A stretch of DNA of 64,000 bases from Candidatus Yonathbacteria bacterium (GCA_003483855.1 DMXP01000006.1:24280-88279), one strand, 5' to 3'. Shown: positions 49,484 through 59,777, numbered from the stretch's first letter. Program-made: numbers and translations. The notes: generated by a model not told the origin, from the sequence alone.

Positions 49484-50617
49484 ATGAAGATCCCAAGAAT
49501 ATACAACAATATAGAAAAATATCTTCACCCGAACAAGGTTCTGGTTATTTTTGGCCCGCGACGAGTGGGCAAAACAACTCTCATTACTGATTTCCTTTCA
49601 ACATATAAAGGAAAATATCGCTTAGAGTCTGGGGATGACATTCGAGCGCGGGAGATCCTTGGTTCAGAAGACCTTTCTTTGCTAAAAGAATACGCAACGG
49701 GATACGACCTCATTGTCATCGACGAAGCGCAACGCATACCCAAGATCGGCTGGGGGCTAAAGTTGCTTGTTGACCATGTTCCGGGGATTCGTATCATCGC
49801 AACAGGATCATCATCGTTTGAACTTGCTGGACAAGTTGGAGAACCGCTTACCGGACGCAAACACACAATGACACTCTTCCCTCTTTCAGAAATTGAGCTA
49901 CTCGCCTATTATAACAACAATTCGTATGACCTTTCTTCAAAGCTTGCCGAGCGACTTGTGTTCGGTGGCTATCCAGAAGTTATTTCTGCAAAAAATACAC
50001 TTGAGCGAAAAGATGCTCTCGGTGAAATCGTCGGGTCGTATCTTCTCAAAGATATCATGGAGTTGGACCGTGTTCGCAATACAAAGATATTGAGTAACCT
50101 TGTTCGTCTCATTGCTTTTCAAATTGGAAACGAGGTTTCGTTGACCGAAATCGCGACAACCCTTGGCATAGACAGAAAAACGGTTGCTCGGTATATTGAC
50201 TTGCTTGAAAAATCCTTCATCCTCTACAATCTTCGTGGCTTTAGCCGTAACCTAAGAAAGGAAGTGACCAAAAAAAGCAAATATTACTTTTACGACATTG
50301 GTGTCCGTAATGCCATTATTTCAAACTTCAACAATCTTTCTGAGCGTGATGATGTGGGAGCGTTATGGGAAAATTTTTTAGTTATTGAGCGACTTAAAAC
50401 ACGCGTTTACAAAAACATCTCCGCGAATGACTACTTTTGGCGCACATGGGACCAAAACGAGGTTGACTTCGTTGAGGAACGCGAAGGAAAACTTTTTGGC
50501 TATGAATTTAAGTGGAAAAAGGCAAAAGCAAAAGAGCCAAAAAATTGGCGCGGAACATACCCGGAAGCAACTTACGGGGTGATCACTCCAGAAAATTATC
50601 TCCAAATATTAGAGTAG
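49484..50617 (+). CDS. AAA_14 ATPase with DUF4143
   Basis: GPRRVGKT, IDEAQ, TGSS, GGYP, EVDFV..EFK. Confidence 0.92.
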   Translation: MKIPRIYNNIEKYLHPNKVLVIFGPRRVGKTTLITDFLSTYKGKYRLESGDDIRAREILGSEDLSLLKEYATGYDLIVIDEAQRIPKIGWGLKLLVDHVPGIRIIATGSSSFELAGQVGEPLTGRKHTMTLFPLSEIELLAYYNNNSYDLSSKLAERLVFGGYPEVISAKNTLERKDALGEIVGSYLLKDIMELDRVRNTKILSNLVRLIAFQIGNEVSLTEIATTLGIDRKTVARYIDLLEKSFILYNLRGFSRNLRKEVTKKSKYYFYDIGVRNAIISNFNNLSERDDVGALWENFLVIERLKTRVYKNISANDYFWRTWDQNEVDFVEEREGKLFGYEFKWKKAKAKEPKNWRGTYPEATYGVITPENYLQILE

Positions 50618-50733
50618 ATTGGAACAAAAACCCAACCATAATTGGAATGATTACGAGTGCCCATCTCAAATATGTTACATTACGCACGCCTATTGAAACA
50701 ACAAAAACGCTGGTATATGTATGGCAAACGTCT

Positions 50734-51874
50734 CCTTAAACCCTAAAGTCAAAAAGGCCGTTGAATACTTTTCCTTTCATTGCTTTGGCGATGAGAGACC
50801 AGTTTATAAACTTTATAAACTATTGATTTTTTGACTAAGTTTATTAACTTTGATAAAATACGCTCATAATGACAGTCCAGGAAAAATTAAAGATAATACA
50901 GAGAAATACTGGCTTGAGCCAAACAGAACTTAGCAAAAAACTCGGTGTGTCTCACGTTTCCTTTAGCAAGTGGTGGAATGGGCATACTTTGCCAAGGGGA
51001 AAATCCATTCTCTTGATAGACTCTCTTTATTTGGAAGTTACTGGTCAAAAAATTATTCCAAAGGATTACTTAACTGCTAAAAAGCAGGATCTTCTCAATT
51101 ATTCAAAAAAACATGGTGATATTATTAAAGAAATTATTTCTACCCCTGATATTAGAGATCAGTTTATGTTGAAACTCACCTATCATTCAAACAGCATAGA
51201 GGGTAGTACTCTTACAGAAAATGATACTGCAGCGATTCTTTTTGATAACGTGGCTCTGCCAAACAAGACACTTGTAGAGCAACTTGAAGCCAAGAACCAC
51301 CAAACAACGCTTTTGTATCTTTTTAATCATCTCGCTAAAAAGGGTGCTATTGATGAAGGTTTGATATTAAAACTGCACAGCATATTGATGAACGGTATTT
51401 ATGATGATGCTGGATTTTACCGTAGGCACGGTGTCCGTATTGTAGGAGCGAACATGCCAACAGCAAATTACTTGAAAGTTCCGGAGTTAATGAAGGATTT
51501 AGCGCGAAATATCAAAAAAGAAAAGGCGGATGCCGTGGCTCACGCATCTATAATTCACAGTATTTTTGAGAAAATTCATCCTTTTCCAGACGGTAACGGG
51601 CGAATTGGCAGATTGCTTATGATTGCAATGCTTTTGAAAGTCAATTTTGCCCCAGCTGTAATACACCAAGAAAATAAACGACTTTATTATACATACTTGA
51701 ATAGAGCGCAGACCAAAAATGACACTAGTCAATTGGAAGATTTTGTGTGTGACGCCATACTAGACGGATTTGAAATTTTAGAGAGAAAAATTTGAGGGAA
51801 CTAGAGCCTTAAACCCTAAAGTCAAAAAGGCCGTTGAATACTTTTCCTTTCATTGCTTTGGCGATGAGCGACCA
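50734..51874. mobile_element. HTH-Fic cassette flanked by 68-bp direct repeats
   Basis: 50734-50801 vs 51807-51874, 67/68 identical; equals the 3' end of the GT4 gene. Confidence 0.82.
50869..51795 (+). CDS. XRE-HTH + Fic domain protein
   Basis: LSQTELSKKLGVS HTH; inhibitory SNSIEG; HPFPDGNGRIGR. Confidence 0.93.
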   Translation: MTVQEKLKIIQRNTGLSQTELSKKLGVSHVSFSKWWNGHTLPRGKSILLIDSLYLEVTGQKIIPKDYLTAKKQDLLNYSKKHGDIIKEIISTPDIRDQFMLKLTYHSNSIEGSTLTENDTAAILFDNVALPNKTLVEQLEAKNHQTTLLYLFNHLAKKGAIDEGLILKLHSILMNGIYDDAGFYRRHGVRIVGANMPTANYLKVPELMKDLARNIKKEKADAVAHASIIHSIFEKIHPFPDGNGRIGRLLMIAMLLKVNFAPAVIHQENKRLYYTYLNRAQTKNDTSQLEDFVCDAILDGFEILERKI

Positions 51875-53028
51875 ATCGTATTTTTCGGCGACCAAGGTGC
51901 GTCCGTTTATGAATAGGCGGTTGCGGAGCGCTGGGTCGTCTATGAGGCGCTTTATTTGACGCGCGATGCTTTCTGGACTGTTTATATCCGCAAAAAGGCC
52001 AGTTGGCTCGTGATCTGGATTTTTGTCAGGATCAAAAAGGAAATCTGGGATACCTCCAACAGGTGTCGCAATAACGGGAATACCAGCCGCCATTGCCTCC
52101 AAAAATGAATTCCCATGTCCCTCCGAGCGCGAAGGTCTAATAAAAATATCAGACACCTTGAGATATTTTGGCATATCCTCGTGATGCACCTGACCGAGAA
52201 ATTGAACGCAATAATCATCAACGCCTTTTTCGCGAGCAAGGTTGCGAAGCATTTCCTCGTCGGGTCCTATGCCAAGAATTAAAAATTTAACATTGTGCGG
52301 AAGAAACACGAGCGCGCGAATTACCTCATCAACCGCATTTTTTGCAACCATACGCGACGTAGTAATTAGAAATATGTCGCCTGGATTCTTTCCAAGACTG
52401 TATTTCAATATTGAAAGCTCGTTCTCATAATATTCCTTTGCAAAGTGCTCCACGTTCACCGCATTTGGCACGACCTCGAGCGGTCCCACATATCCCATAT
52501 TGCGAGCGAACCCTGCAAGGTAGTTCGAAATAGTTTGAATGAAGTCCGCTCGCGCAAAAACTCGCTGTAGAAGCGGAAACGCAAACTGCAAGCGGTGTTT
52601 GATATATTCTATAGGGTCCCCCTCTTGAAGCGTAAGCAAAAAACGAACGTTTGGATTTCGCATTTTGAAAAAGAGCGCCGAGAAACCCGCATAATTTGCC
52701 ATCATTGCCCAAATGCCGTCATAGGCGTTTTTTTGTGAAGCGACTGCGCTTTTAGAAAACCCCAAATAGGAAAAAAATATTTATTGACTGAAAGTGGAAA
52801 ACGCGACAGGTCTGCAATATTTGGGTCCTTTGTTGCAAACCCTACGCGATGAACGTTCACGTTTCCTATTCGCTCAAACTTTGGGAGCGTTGAATCAAAA
52901 CGGAGCGTTACCATATCAAACACATAATCATCTCCCGAGGTTCGGTCAGTAATCTCTTTTATCGCCACCTCGGCTCCCGCAACTACATCAGGATAATACG
53001 CAAGGGAAAATATGAGTATTCGTTTCAC
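51809..53028 (-). pseudogene. GT4 glycosyltransferase, frameshifted at an A7 tract
   Basis: N-half (GTG 53028, GAEVAI) and C-half (SRSEG.G..FLEAMA) lie in different frames. One extra A at 52728-52734 restores ...LHKKNAYDGIW... Confidence 0.85.
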
Positions 53029-53070
53029 TGATATAAGTTTATATAGAAATACCGCAAAAAACAAGCCGAG

Positions 53071-53340
53071 TTATTCAAAAAGGTCAGAGCGTGTTCCTGT
53101 GCGCACAAGGATGATATCATCGTCATCGTATTTCCAAATCAAGAGCAAGTCAAATTCTATATGACATTCCCAGCACCCTTCGTATTCCCCATGTAACTTG
53201 TGAAGTTTTGATGCTAAAGGAACATTTTTACCGAGACGAAGGCATTCGATCATCTCATAAAGCACCGCCACATCACGATTGTGGCGCACAATGCGTTTTA
53301 GATCACGATTAAATATTCCCGAAGGAAAAATCTTTCTCAT
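53071..53340 (-). CDS. YafQ-family toxin
   Basis: HKLHGEY.G.WECHIE.DLLLIW...VRTGT.SDLF. Confidence 0.9.
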   Translation of the reverse strand: MRKIFPSGIFNRDLKRIVRHNRDVAVLYEMIECLRLGKNVPLASKLHKLHGEYEGCWECHIEFDLLLIWKYDDDDIILVRTGTRSDLFE

Positions 53341-53621
53341 ACATGTGCGCGCCAATTCTTACCGAGTATATCAGTAAACATTGCTTCAGCTGAAGAATAT
53401 GATTTGAGATTTTCCCCAGACTTAGCATTTGCAATCGCTTTGCGCGTTTCGGCGTTTGGAATATTAAGAGAAAAAGGGATTCCTTTGTCGGTGGCAATAC
53501 GGCGATAAAATACATTGATAGCTTCAGACGGAGATATTCCTATTTTATGCAATACTGTTTCAGCCTTTTTTTTAACCGAAGGTTCTATACGAGCTCTCAC
53601 AAAAGATGTTTTTGTAGTCAT
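53337..53621 (-). CDS. RelB/DinJ antitoxin
   Basis: VRARIE..VK..AE.VL..IG.S.SEAI, GIPF...PNAET. Confidence 0.92.
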   Translation of the reverse strand: MTTKTSFVRARIEPSVKKKAETVLHKIGISPSEAINVFYRRIATDKGIPFSLNIPNAETRKAIANAKSGENLKSYSSAEAMFTDILGKNWRAHV

Positions 53622-53627
53622 ATGAGT

Positions 53628-53651
53628 ATTGTAGCACATTTGTGCCACAAT
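53628..53651. promoter_or_regulatory. Palindromic operator overlapping the dinJ-yafQ promoter
   Basis: attgtagcaca-tt-tgtgccacaat covers the TACAAT -10. Confidence 0.7.
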
Positions 53652-53674
53652 GCAAGAATTGAAATACGTGCGAA

Positions 53675-55051
53675 TTAGTGCGGTTCATTATCGTCAGTTT
53701 CCTCAATTATTTCAAAATCGTCTGCGTTTATGGTTGTCTTTTGTTCGATATTTTTAGTAAGGCGGATACCCGCTAGCGCAAGTGCTCCCAGAAACGCGGA
53801 GCCTACATACCATGGCCACAAACCTCTCTCCTGTCGTGGAGTAACTGAAGTGGCTGGCGCTTCAGAAATTGCATTCAGAGCGGACGCTTCCTGAAGTGAT
53901 GGCGCTTGCGGTGCCACACGAGTTTCCGCGCTTGCTACAACCTTCGTTTTTTCGGCAGTTTTCAAAACAGGAGCAGGGGCTTGCGAAGAAACTGCTTCAA
54001 CCTTTATTGGAACGCTTGTTCCATTTGGAAAACGAAGTTCGGGAATAATGCCAACAGGTGTGGCGAGCCCTGTTACCTCGCTGGCGAATGTTACGCTTCT
54101 GCGCGCTCCGAGAATTGTATTTTTTGGAAATGTAAAAATTTTTTCACCGCTTGCAACCTGCCAACTGGAAATATCAAGCTCGTCAGCGCCATTATTTTGA
54201 ATCGTAAAAAATGAACGCGTATTGTCACCCCCACTACTCAAAGAAAGATTCGGCAAAACAACGCGCACGAGCATCTTGTCAGTTGCAGTTAAACTTCCTG
54301 AGACAACATCGAGCACTGCGGTGTATTCACCGGGATAATAATATGTGTGCGAAACACTTTCGCCCACAGCCGACGCTCCATCGCCAAACGACCACGTTGT
54401 TTGCACGGCTCTACCAAAATTATTTTCCAGCCCAGCGATTTTCCCTTCAAAAATTATTGGCGCGCCTGCTAGCACCACACGAGTTTGCGGACCTGCCTGA
54501 GCTGTCACTTGTGGTGCTGTCTGTGTTGATGCTGTGTTTGTAGTTGTAGTTGTGTTTGTGGTTGTATTTGTTGCAACCGACTCATTTGCGCTTTGCGAAA
54601 CTGAATTCGCGACACCTGGTGTTGGTAACGCGTTCACCCATTCACCTGCCGTTATTCTTTGATAGCTCTCGCCTGCGTCAATACTTCCCCACCCGATTTG
54701 ATCAACATCTTTACCTTTTGAATCTCTAACGCGTATGGTGTTGGATTCAGTGAGCGTTATGTCTGTAACGATGTCAGAATTACTATATGAATTGCGAGAA
54801 ATTAAAAAATAACTATTTGCCTTGATTATTTTTCCATTTAGCTGGGTGCTTGATACCAATGAACCAAAACTGCTACCAGTAGCTGTTTTTCTTTGAATAT
54901 ACCAACCAGTCAAATCAACATCGGAACTACCAGAGTTATAAAGTTCTATAAATCTTTCATTTATCGGAGAAATTTGAACTTCATTAACAAACACTGTCGC
55001 AGAGACCGTCTGCGCGGAAAATAACATTAAAATAAAAATAATTTTTTTCAT
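53675..55051 (-). CDS. Surface protein with lamin-tail and PKD domains, C-terminal TM
   Basis: Signal peptide; INE..FIELYN..DLTGW; WSFGDG..SHTY..PGEY; Thr-rich linker. Confidence 0.85.
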   Translation of the reverse strand: MKKIIFILMLFSAQTVSATVFVNEVQISPINERFIELYNSGSSDVDLTGWYIQRKTATGSSFGSLVSSTQLNGKIIKANSYFLISRNSYSNSDIVTDITLTESNTIRVRDSKGKDVDQIGWGSIDAGESYQRITAGEWVNALPTPGVANSVSQSANESVATNTTTNTTTTTNTASTQTAPQVTAQAGPQTRVVLAGAPIIFEGKIAGLENNFGRAVQTTWSFGDGASAVGESVSHTYYYPGEYTAVLDVVSGSLTATDKMLVRVVLPNLSLSSGGDNTRSFFTIQNNGADELDISSWQVASGEKIFTFPKNTILGARRSVTFASEVTGLATPVGIIPELRFPNGTSVPIKVEAVSSQAPAPVLKTAEKTKVVASAETRVAPQAPSLQEASALNAISEAPATSVTPRQERGLWPWYVGSAFLGALALAGIRLTKNIEQKTTINADDFEIIEETDDNEPH

Positions 55052-55065
55052 ACTAAGTCTATGTA

Positions 55066-55219
55066 GCTCCTCAAACGCCTCGAGTACAAGGCGAAAACGT
55101 ATTGTTTTTTTGAGCCGTACGTCGCGCTTCAATGGACACTGCGCGACACGATTTTGCAAAATCGACGGTGAAAGAAAACCATACGTTTTCAACGAAGTAG
55201 ACGAGGATGTTTTAGGGGC
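55066..55219. repeat. Nested-hairpin MITE-like intergenic element
   Basis: gctcctcaaac...gttttaggggc; gaaaacgtat...atacgttttc; gtcgcgc...gcgcgac; cgattttgcaaaatcg. Confidence 0.6.
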
Positions 55220-55223
55220 GACA

Positions 55224-57071
55224 CTAATCGTCTCCGCGAAGGATTGCCGTCAGCACATCCTCGGGGACTTCGCGAGGTTTTGGAGGTTGTTCTTCACGTC
55301 TCGAATCAGCTGATTCTGAACCAGCAGGCTTCACGCCTTGGGCGAAGACTCTTGGACGTAGACTTGATTGCTCTTGGGCTACTGGAGGTGCCTTTGGCGT
55401 CGCGGTTGGTTTCTCAATTTCGCTGTCTAAAATCCCCGCTAAAGCAGCCTTGAGACCGCCTAAACTCTCTTTGGATGGGCCTTTGCTCCTTACTGGTGGA
55501 ATAGCGCCTTTTTGAGAATGACGGCTCTGTGTAAGAGTAGAAAGGCTCATTCTCTCTTCCTTGGGCTTGGGCTCCTGTGGCGCTGGTTTTTGGAAATCTT
55601 TAAATGCTTGAGCGAATGGCTTTTCAAATTTCTCAGGAGGTTTTGAATTTTCTTTTCGCGCAGGTCGCTCAAACATAGCACTGCTATCCCTTTGCACCAC
55701 AGGAGCTCGTTGGGTACTCTCCGCACGCGGTGCAGGGCGCTCGCGCGCTGGTTCTGGAGCCGGCGCTTCCATTCCTGTTCCATACCATTCGGTAATACTT
55801 TTCTCCACTTCCGCGCGTGTGTGTCCGTACAATTCTCGCGAGAACTTAATCACTTCTTCGCGAAGCGATTTTTTTGGTGGGGCAATCGGACCTAATGTTA
55901 CAGATGAAAATGGATGCGAAGCAACACCGTCAATCATGAGCTTGAGATACATTTGATATTTTCCAAGACTCACCATATCCTCTGCGGTAAAAACAGGGGC
56001 GTATTCTTTTTCCAAAACTTCTGCGTCTGGAGCGCCAACGCGAAACATAATCTGCGTACCGACATTTCCAAAAACTGCATCAGCGACTTTTTCATCCATC
56101 TGCTTGATATATTGGTGAGCAATAGTGAGCGCGAGTTTGTACTTGCGAGCTTCGGACAAAATATCGGCAAATGATTCGTTTGCGAACGATTGAAACTCGT
56201 CCACGTACATATAAAAGTTGGGAAGCCTTTTGAGTTCACCTTCGGTCAAGTCCGCGCGCGACATTGCGGCGAGGTAAATTTTTGTAATAATCATTCCACC
56301 CAAAAGAGCGGCGTTTCCTTCACCGAGTTGCCCTTTGGAAAGGTTCACAATGAGAATTTTCCGCTCGTCCATCATTTTTCGCAAATCAAAACTTGATTTC
56401 GGTTGCCCGATAATATTTCGAATGAGCGGGTTTGATGTGAATTGTCCGAGTTTGTTTTGAATTCCCGGTACTGCTTCTTTTGCATAGTTCTCGCTGTACT
56501 TTGCAAATTCATCAACCCAATACGCTTTTACCGATGGGTCCTTCACATTGTCGACGATTTTTTTCCTATACGCCTTGTCAGTAAGCATTCTGCTAACGCC
56601 GAGAAGCGTTGATTCAGGATATTCAAGGAGTGCGAGGAGCGCGTTCATCATAATATACTCCATACGCGAAGAAAAAGTTTCTGGTCCCCAAATCTTTTTA
56701 AATGCAGACATGAGTCCGTTTGCAATGAGGTGTCGCTTGTCTGGCCCTACGTCCTCCATCACATTGAAGGAAATCGGATTGTCTGTATCAAACGGCGCAA
56801 AGTAGACGACGTCTTTTAATCTCTCCGGTGGAATGTAGTCGAGAAGGAGCGCAGCTGATTTCCCGTGTGGATCTATAAATGCGATACCCTCGCCGTTTTT
56901 AATGTCCTGCACCACCATGTTTTCAATACACGTAGACTTGCCCATGCCCGTCTTGCCTATGATGTACATATGACGCGTGCGGTCTTCGGCTTTTATCCCA
57001 AATGGAACACGCTTGTTCCTGCGGTCTGTCTCCGCAAAGTACGTGATGCGATTTTTATCGTAGAGATACAT
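55224..57071 (-). CDS. VirD4/TraG-like coupling ATPase with low-complexity C-tail
   Basis: GKTGMGKS, IDPHG, YVDEFQ, EARKY.L.L..AHQY. Confidence 0.88.
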   Translation of the reverse strand: MYLYDKNRITYFAETDRRNKRVPFGIKAEDRTRHMYIIGKTGMGKSTCIENMVVQDIKNGEGIAFIDPHGKSAALLLDYIPPERLKDVVYFAPFDTDNPISFNVMEDVGPDKRHLIANGLMSAFKKIWGPETFSSRMEYIMMNALLALLEYPESTLLGVSRMLTDKAYRKKIVDNVKDPSVKAYWVDEFAKYSENYAKEAVPGIQNKLGQFTSNPLIRNIIGQPKSSFDLRKMMDERKILIVNLSKGQLGEGNAALLGGMIITKIYLAAMSRADLTEGELKRLPNFYMYVDEFQSFANESFADILSEARKYKLALTIAHQYIKQMDEKVADAVFGNVGTQIMFRVGAPDAEVLEKEYAPVFTAEDMVSLGKYQMYLKLMIDGVASHPFSSVTLGPIAPPKKSLREEVIKFSRELYGHTRAEVEKSITEWYGTGMEAPAPEPARERPAPRAESTQRAPVVQRDSSAMFERPARKENSKPPEKFEKPFAQAFKDFQKPAPQEPKPKEERMSLSTLTQSRHSQKGAIPPVRSKGPSKESLGGLKAALAGILDSEIEKPTATPKAPPVAQEQSSLRPRVFAQGVKPAGSESADSRREEQPPKPREVPEDVLTAILRGDD

Positions 57072-57145
57072 AGTGTAGTTGGTAGTCACTAGTTTGTAGT
57101 GAATAGTGAGCACATAAAGTATATCACCAAACATAAACAAAAGAG

Positions 57146-57186
57146 AAACACGGGGGCGATGGGCAAAGCCCATCGCCCCCGTGTTT
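57146..57186 (-). terminator. Strong hairpin terminator after rhuM-fic
   Basis: aaacacgggggcgatgggc-aaa-gcccatcgcccccgtgttt. Confidence 0.85.
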
Positions 57187-58185
57187 TTATTTCACCTTCT
57201 TCTTATTAAGCATCATGAGAATAAGCCCAACCATTTTGTCTTTGTGCGTGGGGTCGCTCTCAGCAACTAGAAGTGTGATTGCCGTGAGTGCTGGCGGTGT
57301 GATACGCGTCGTATCAAGAACTTTTGCTTTTGCGAGGAACCACACGAAAGCATACGCGCCACTCCGTTTGTTGCCATCAATGAACGGATGATTTTTGATA
57401 ACGAAGTATAAGAAATGCGCCGCCTTCTCCTCGACGGTTGGGTACATATCTTTACCACCAAATGCTTGCGCGACATTACCAATGATCCCCGCGAGGCTTC
57501 CTCGCTCGCGCTCAGTCGCAAAAAGGTCAGTAGCTTCGCCTTTCGCAATGAGTGATTCTTTCAAAGTATCAAGCGCACCACCAAACATATCTGCGGTAAT
57601 TTTGACAGATTTTTTTGTCGCGCCTTTCGTCATCAGAGCATCTTTGTCGTACGCATCAAGTGAGAGCCATGTGTCAGAGAAAAGCGTGATGAGCTCAAGA
57701 ATACTCTCGGTGTCCATAGCTGTTCCAGCAGAAAGTAGCGCCTTCACATCAGCGACAGCTTTCAAAAAACCATCATAGTTTTTAGCAATGCGTGACTTGT
57801 TTATGGTGTAGCCATCAACAATATGCGCGCGGAGTGTTTTGGTTGCCCACTGGCGAAACTGAGTGGCAGTCTTTGAGTTGACTCTGTAGCCAACAGAGAG
57901 GATTGCGTCTAGGTTATAGTACTCGATAATACGTTCTACTTTACGTTTTCCTTCAGTTTGAACTGTTGCATTTTTTGCAACAGTTGACCTCGTGTCAAGT
58001 TCACCCTCTTGGTAGATATTTTTAAGATGGCGTGAGACAACAGACTTATCACGTCCAAAAACCTCAGCGATTTGATCGAGCGTCGCCCACACCGTCTCCC
58101 TACCAAAATCCCCACGAAGCTCAATAGCTCCCGACTTTGCCTGGTAGATAACGACTTCCTTTTTTATTTTTTGCAGTTTCATCAT
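57187..58185 (-). CDS. RhuM/Fic(Doc) family protein
   Basis: YNLDAILSVGYRVNS..ATQFRQWAT; HPFIDGNKR. Confidence 0.93.
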   Translation of the reverse strand: MMKLQKIKKEVVIYQAKSGAIELRGDFGRETVWATLDQIAEVFGRDKSVVSRHLKNIYQEGELDTRSTVAKNATVQTEGKRKVERIIEYYNLDAILSVGYRVNSKTATQFRQWATKTLRAHIVDGYTINKSRIAKNYDGFLKAVADVKALLSAGTAMDTESILELITLFSDTWLSLDAYDKDALMTKGATKKSVKITADMFGGALDTLKESLIAKGEATDLFATERERGSLAGIIGNVAQAFGGKDMYPTVEEKAAHFLYFVIKNHPFIDGNKRSGAYAFVWFLAKAKVLDTTRITPPALTAITLLVAESDPTHKDKMVGLILMMLNKKKVK

Positions 58186-58305
58186 TTCTAATTATATCAC
58201 AGAGGCACCAATTATTTCTGTACCTGTATGTGCCATTGTCATCTACACAAATTCGCAATATGCGTTTTTTGCATATTCTATATTAGAAATTCTATATTCT
58301 ATATT

Positions 58306-59541
58306 CTATTCTTTCAAGAGCGCCTCCACTGTATACAAATTCTTTGGGTCCCAGAGGAACCATGAGTTGAGCCCAGAGTCATAGGTTGCTTGTATTTGAG
58401 CGCGGACTTCTGTTGCGCCATAGGTGCCACCATAATTAAAATCCTGAAGCCACGGACGGAGTTTGTTCTTGTCGTATGCTTCTTTTGTATAAAGCGCGGG
58501 CGTGGATGTGCCGATGCGCTGTGCTCCAAGGTGGAGCACAGGTGTCGTCGTTGCAACTGCGCGCTCCACAGCGCGACTCATTGAGAAGTGGATCACATCA
58601 TACACGTGTTCATTTGGATTCTTCCATCCATTAAAATTTGGCGGGTAGTGAGACGGATACACCATGGGAGAGATGTAATCAAAATAAGGAAGCGCGCGCT
58701 CTAGCACCTGCCCTATGTTTAGGTCGTCGTTGTTTGTCGCAGTCATTCCAAAGAGATCCGCGGAAAGTTTTGCGCCAGTTGGGCTAAGCGCGCCGTGAAG
58801 GTGTGCGAAAAAATGCTCGAGTGCCTCGTCTTTGCTAATACCATGACCCCACGAATAATCAACATCTTTCATCGGGCCATCTGAAGGAAAACGAATGTAA
58901 TCAAAGTTGAGCTCATCAAAGCCCATCGCGTATGCCTCTTTTCCAAGGGCAACAATGTAATCCCAATATGGTTTCGCAGAGACGTCTATAAAAGAAAGCC
59001 CCTTGAAGTCCTTCCACACTGTGCCGTCGCTTTTTTTGAGCACTGCAAGCTCTGGATGAAGCTTTGTGTAGTACGGGTCTTGGAACACTGTGATGCGCGC
59101 GATCGTATAGATTCCTTTTTCGTGAAGTCGCGCGAGAAATTTTTTAAGATCTTTGGTGCGACATCCTCCACCATTATTACCTTTGAGAATCGGGTCCACG
59201 GCATCAAAAGCAATAGTTCCGCTATAATCCTTGATATCAATAATGATGCTGTTCACCTCGGTAGTGTCCGCAATATGCACAAGTTTTTCACGAAACAATG
59301 ATGTGCTTGCGGCGCAGGCAGTCATATATATTGCCTTCACGGCCTTTGGAGTTTCTATATGAGTAACTATAATTTCTGACTCCCCCTTTACAGTGACTGT
59401 AGTGGTAGCTGTAGTGCTTGTTGCTGACACTGTGTCTACTCTATACTCGACTGAAGAAATTGCTGGTATAAAAAAATAAAAGACGGAGAAAGCTCCGACC
59501 ATGGCTACACCTAAAGCAAGAATGTTTCTATTTCGTGTCAC
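58306..59541 (-). CDS. Putative glycoside hydrolase (DUF4015-like)
   Basis: IARITVFQD, FDYIRFP, PMVYPSHY, RPWLQDF. Confidence 0.85.
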   Translation of the reverse strand: MTRNRNILALGVAMVGAFSVFYFFIPAISSVEYRVDTVSATSTTATTTVTVKGESEIIVTHIETPKAVKAIYMTACAASTSLFREKLVHIADTTEVNSIIIDIKDYSGTIAFDAVDPILKGNNGGGCRTKDLKKFLARLHEKGIYTIARITVFQDPYYTKLHPELAVLKKSDGTVWKDFKGLSFIDVSAKPYWDYIVALGKEAYAMGFDELNFDYIRFPSDGPMKDVDYSWGHGISKDEALEHFFAHLHGALSPTGAKLSADLFGMTATNNDDLNIGQVLERALPYFDYISPMVYPSHYPPNFNGWKNPNEHVYDVIHFSMSRAVERAVATTTPVLHLGAQRIGTSTPALYTKEAYDKNKLRPWLQDFNYGGTYGATEVRAQIQATYDSGLNSWFLWDPKNLYTVEALLKE

Positions 59542-59777
59542 TGTATCTTTTGAGTGTTTACTATTTTTTCTTCGGGGGCAGATGGAAAAGCTTGTTCGGC
59601 ATCATCAATAAGTTTTTTACAATTACTGCAATAAACGACAGATGAAAGATAGGAAAGTACTGAAATCGCAACCCCGACTACTACAAGAAGTGGTGTGCGC
59701 ACCCACGACGGAAACCCGCCGATTGCCACGACAACGACCGCGACTCCTAATATTGTCAGTGCTGTGTGTTTGGTCAT
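59538..59777 (-). CDS. Small membrane protein with CxxC
   Basis: Two TM segments, CSNC; TATACT 6 nt before the ATG. Confidence 0.65.
   Translation of the reverse strand: MTKHTALTILGVAVVVVAIGGFPSWVRTPLLVVVGVAISVLSYLSSVVYCSNCKKLIDDAEQAFPSAPEEKIVNTQKIQ

Noticed and set aside
50618-50733. Possible membrane-gene fragment on the - strand (…LRWALVIIPIMVGFLF…)
   Set aside because: No start codon and too short to support without a search.
54520-54575. Repetitive ACA/ACC-rich stretch
   Set aside because: An ordinary Thr-rich linker of the surface protein.
55224-57071. Conjugative element
   Set aside because: No relaxase or other T4SS genes; lone VirD4-like ATPases are common in CPR chromosomes.
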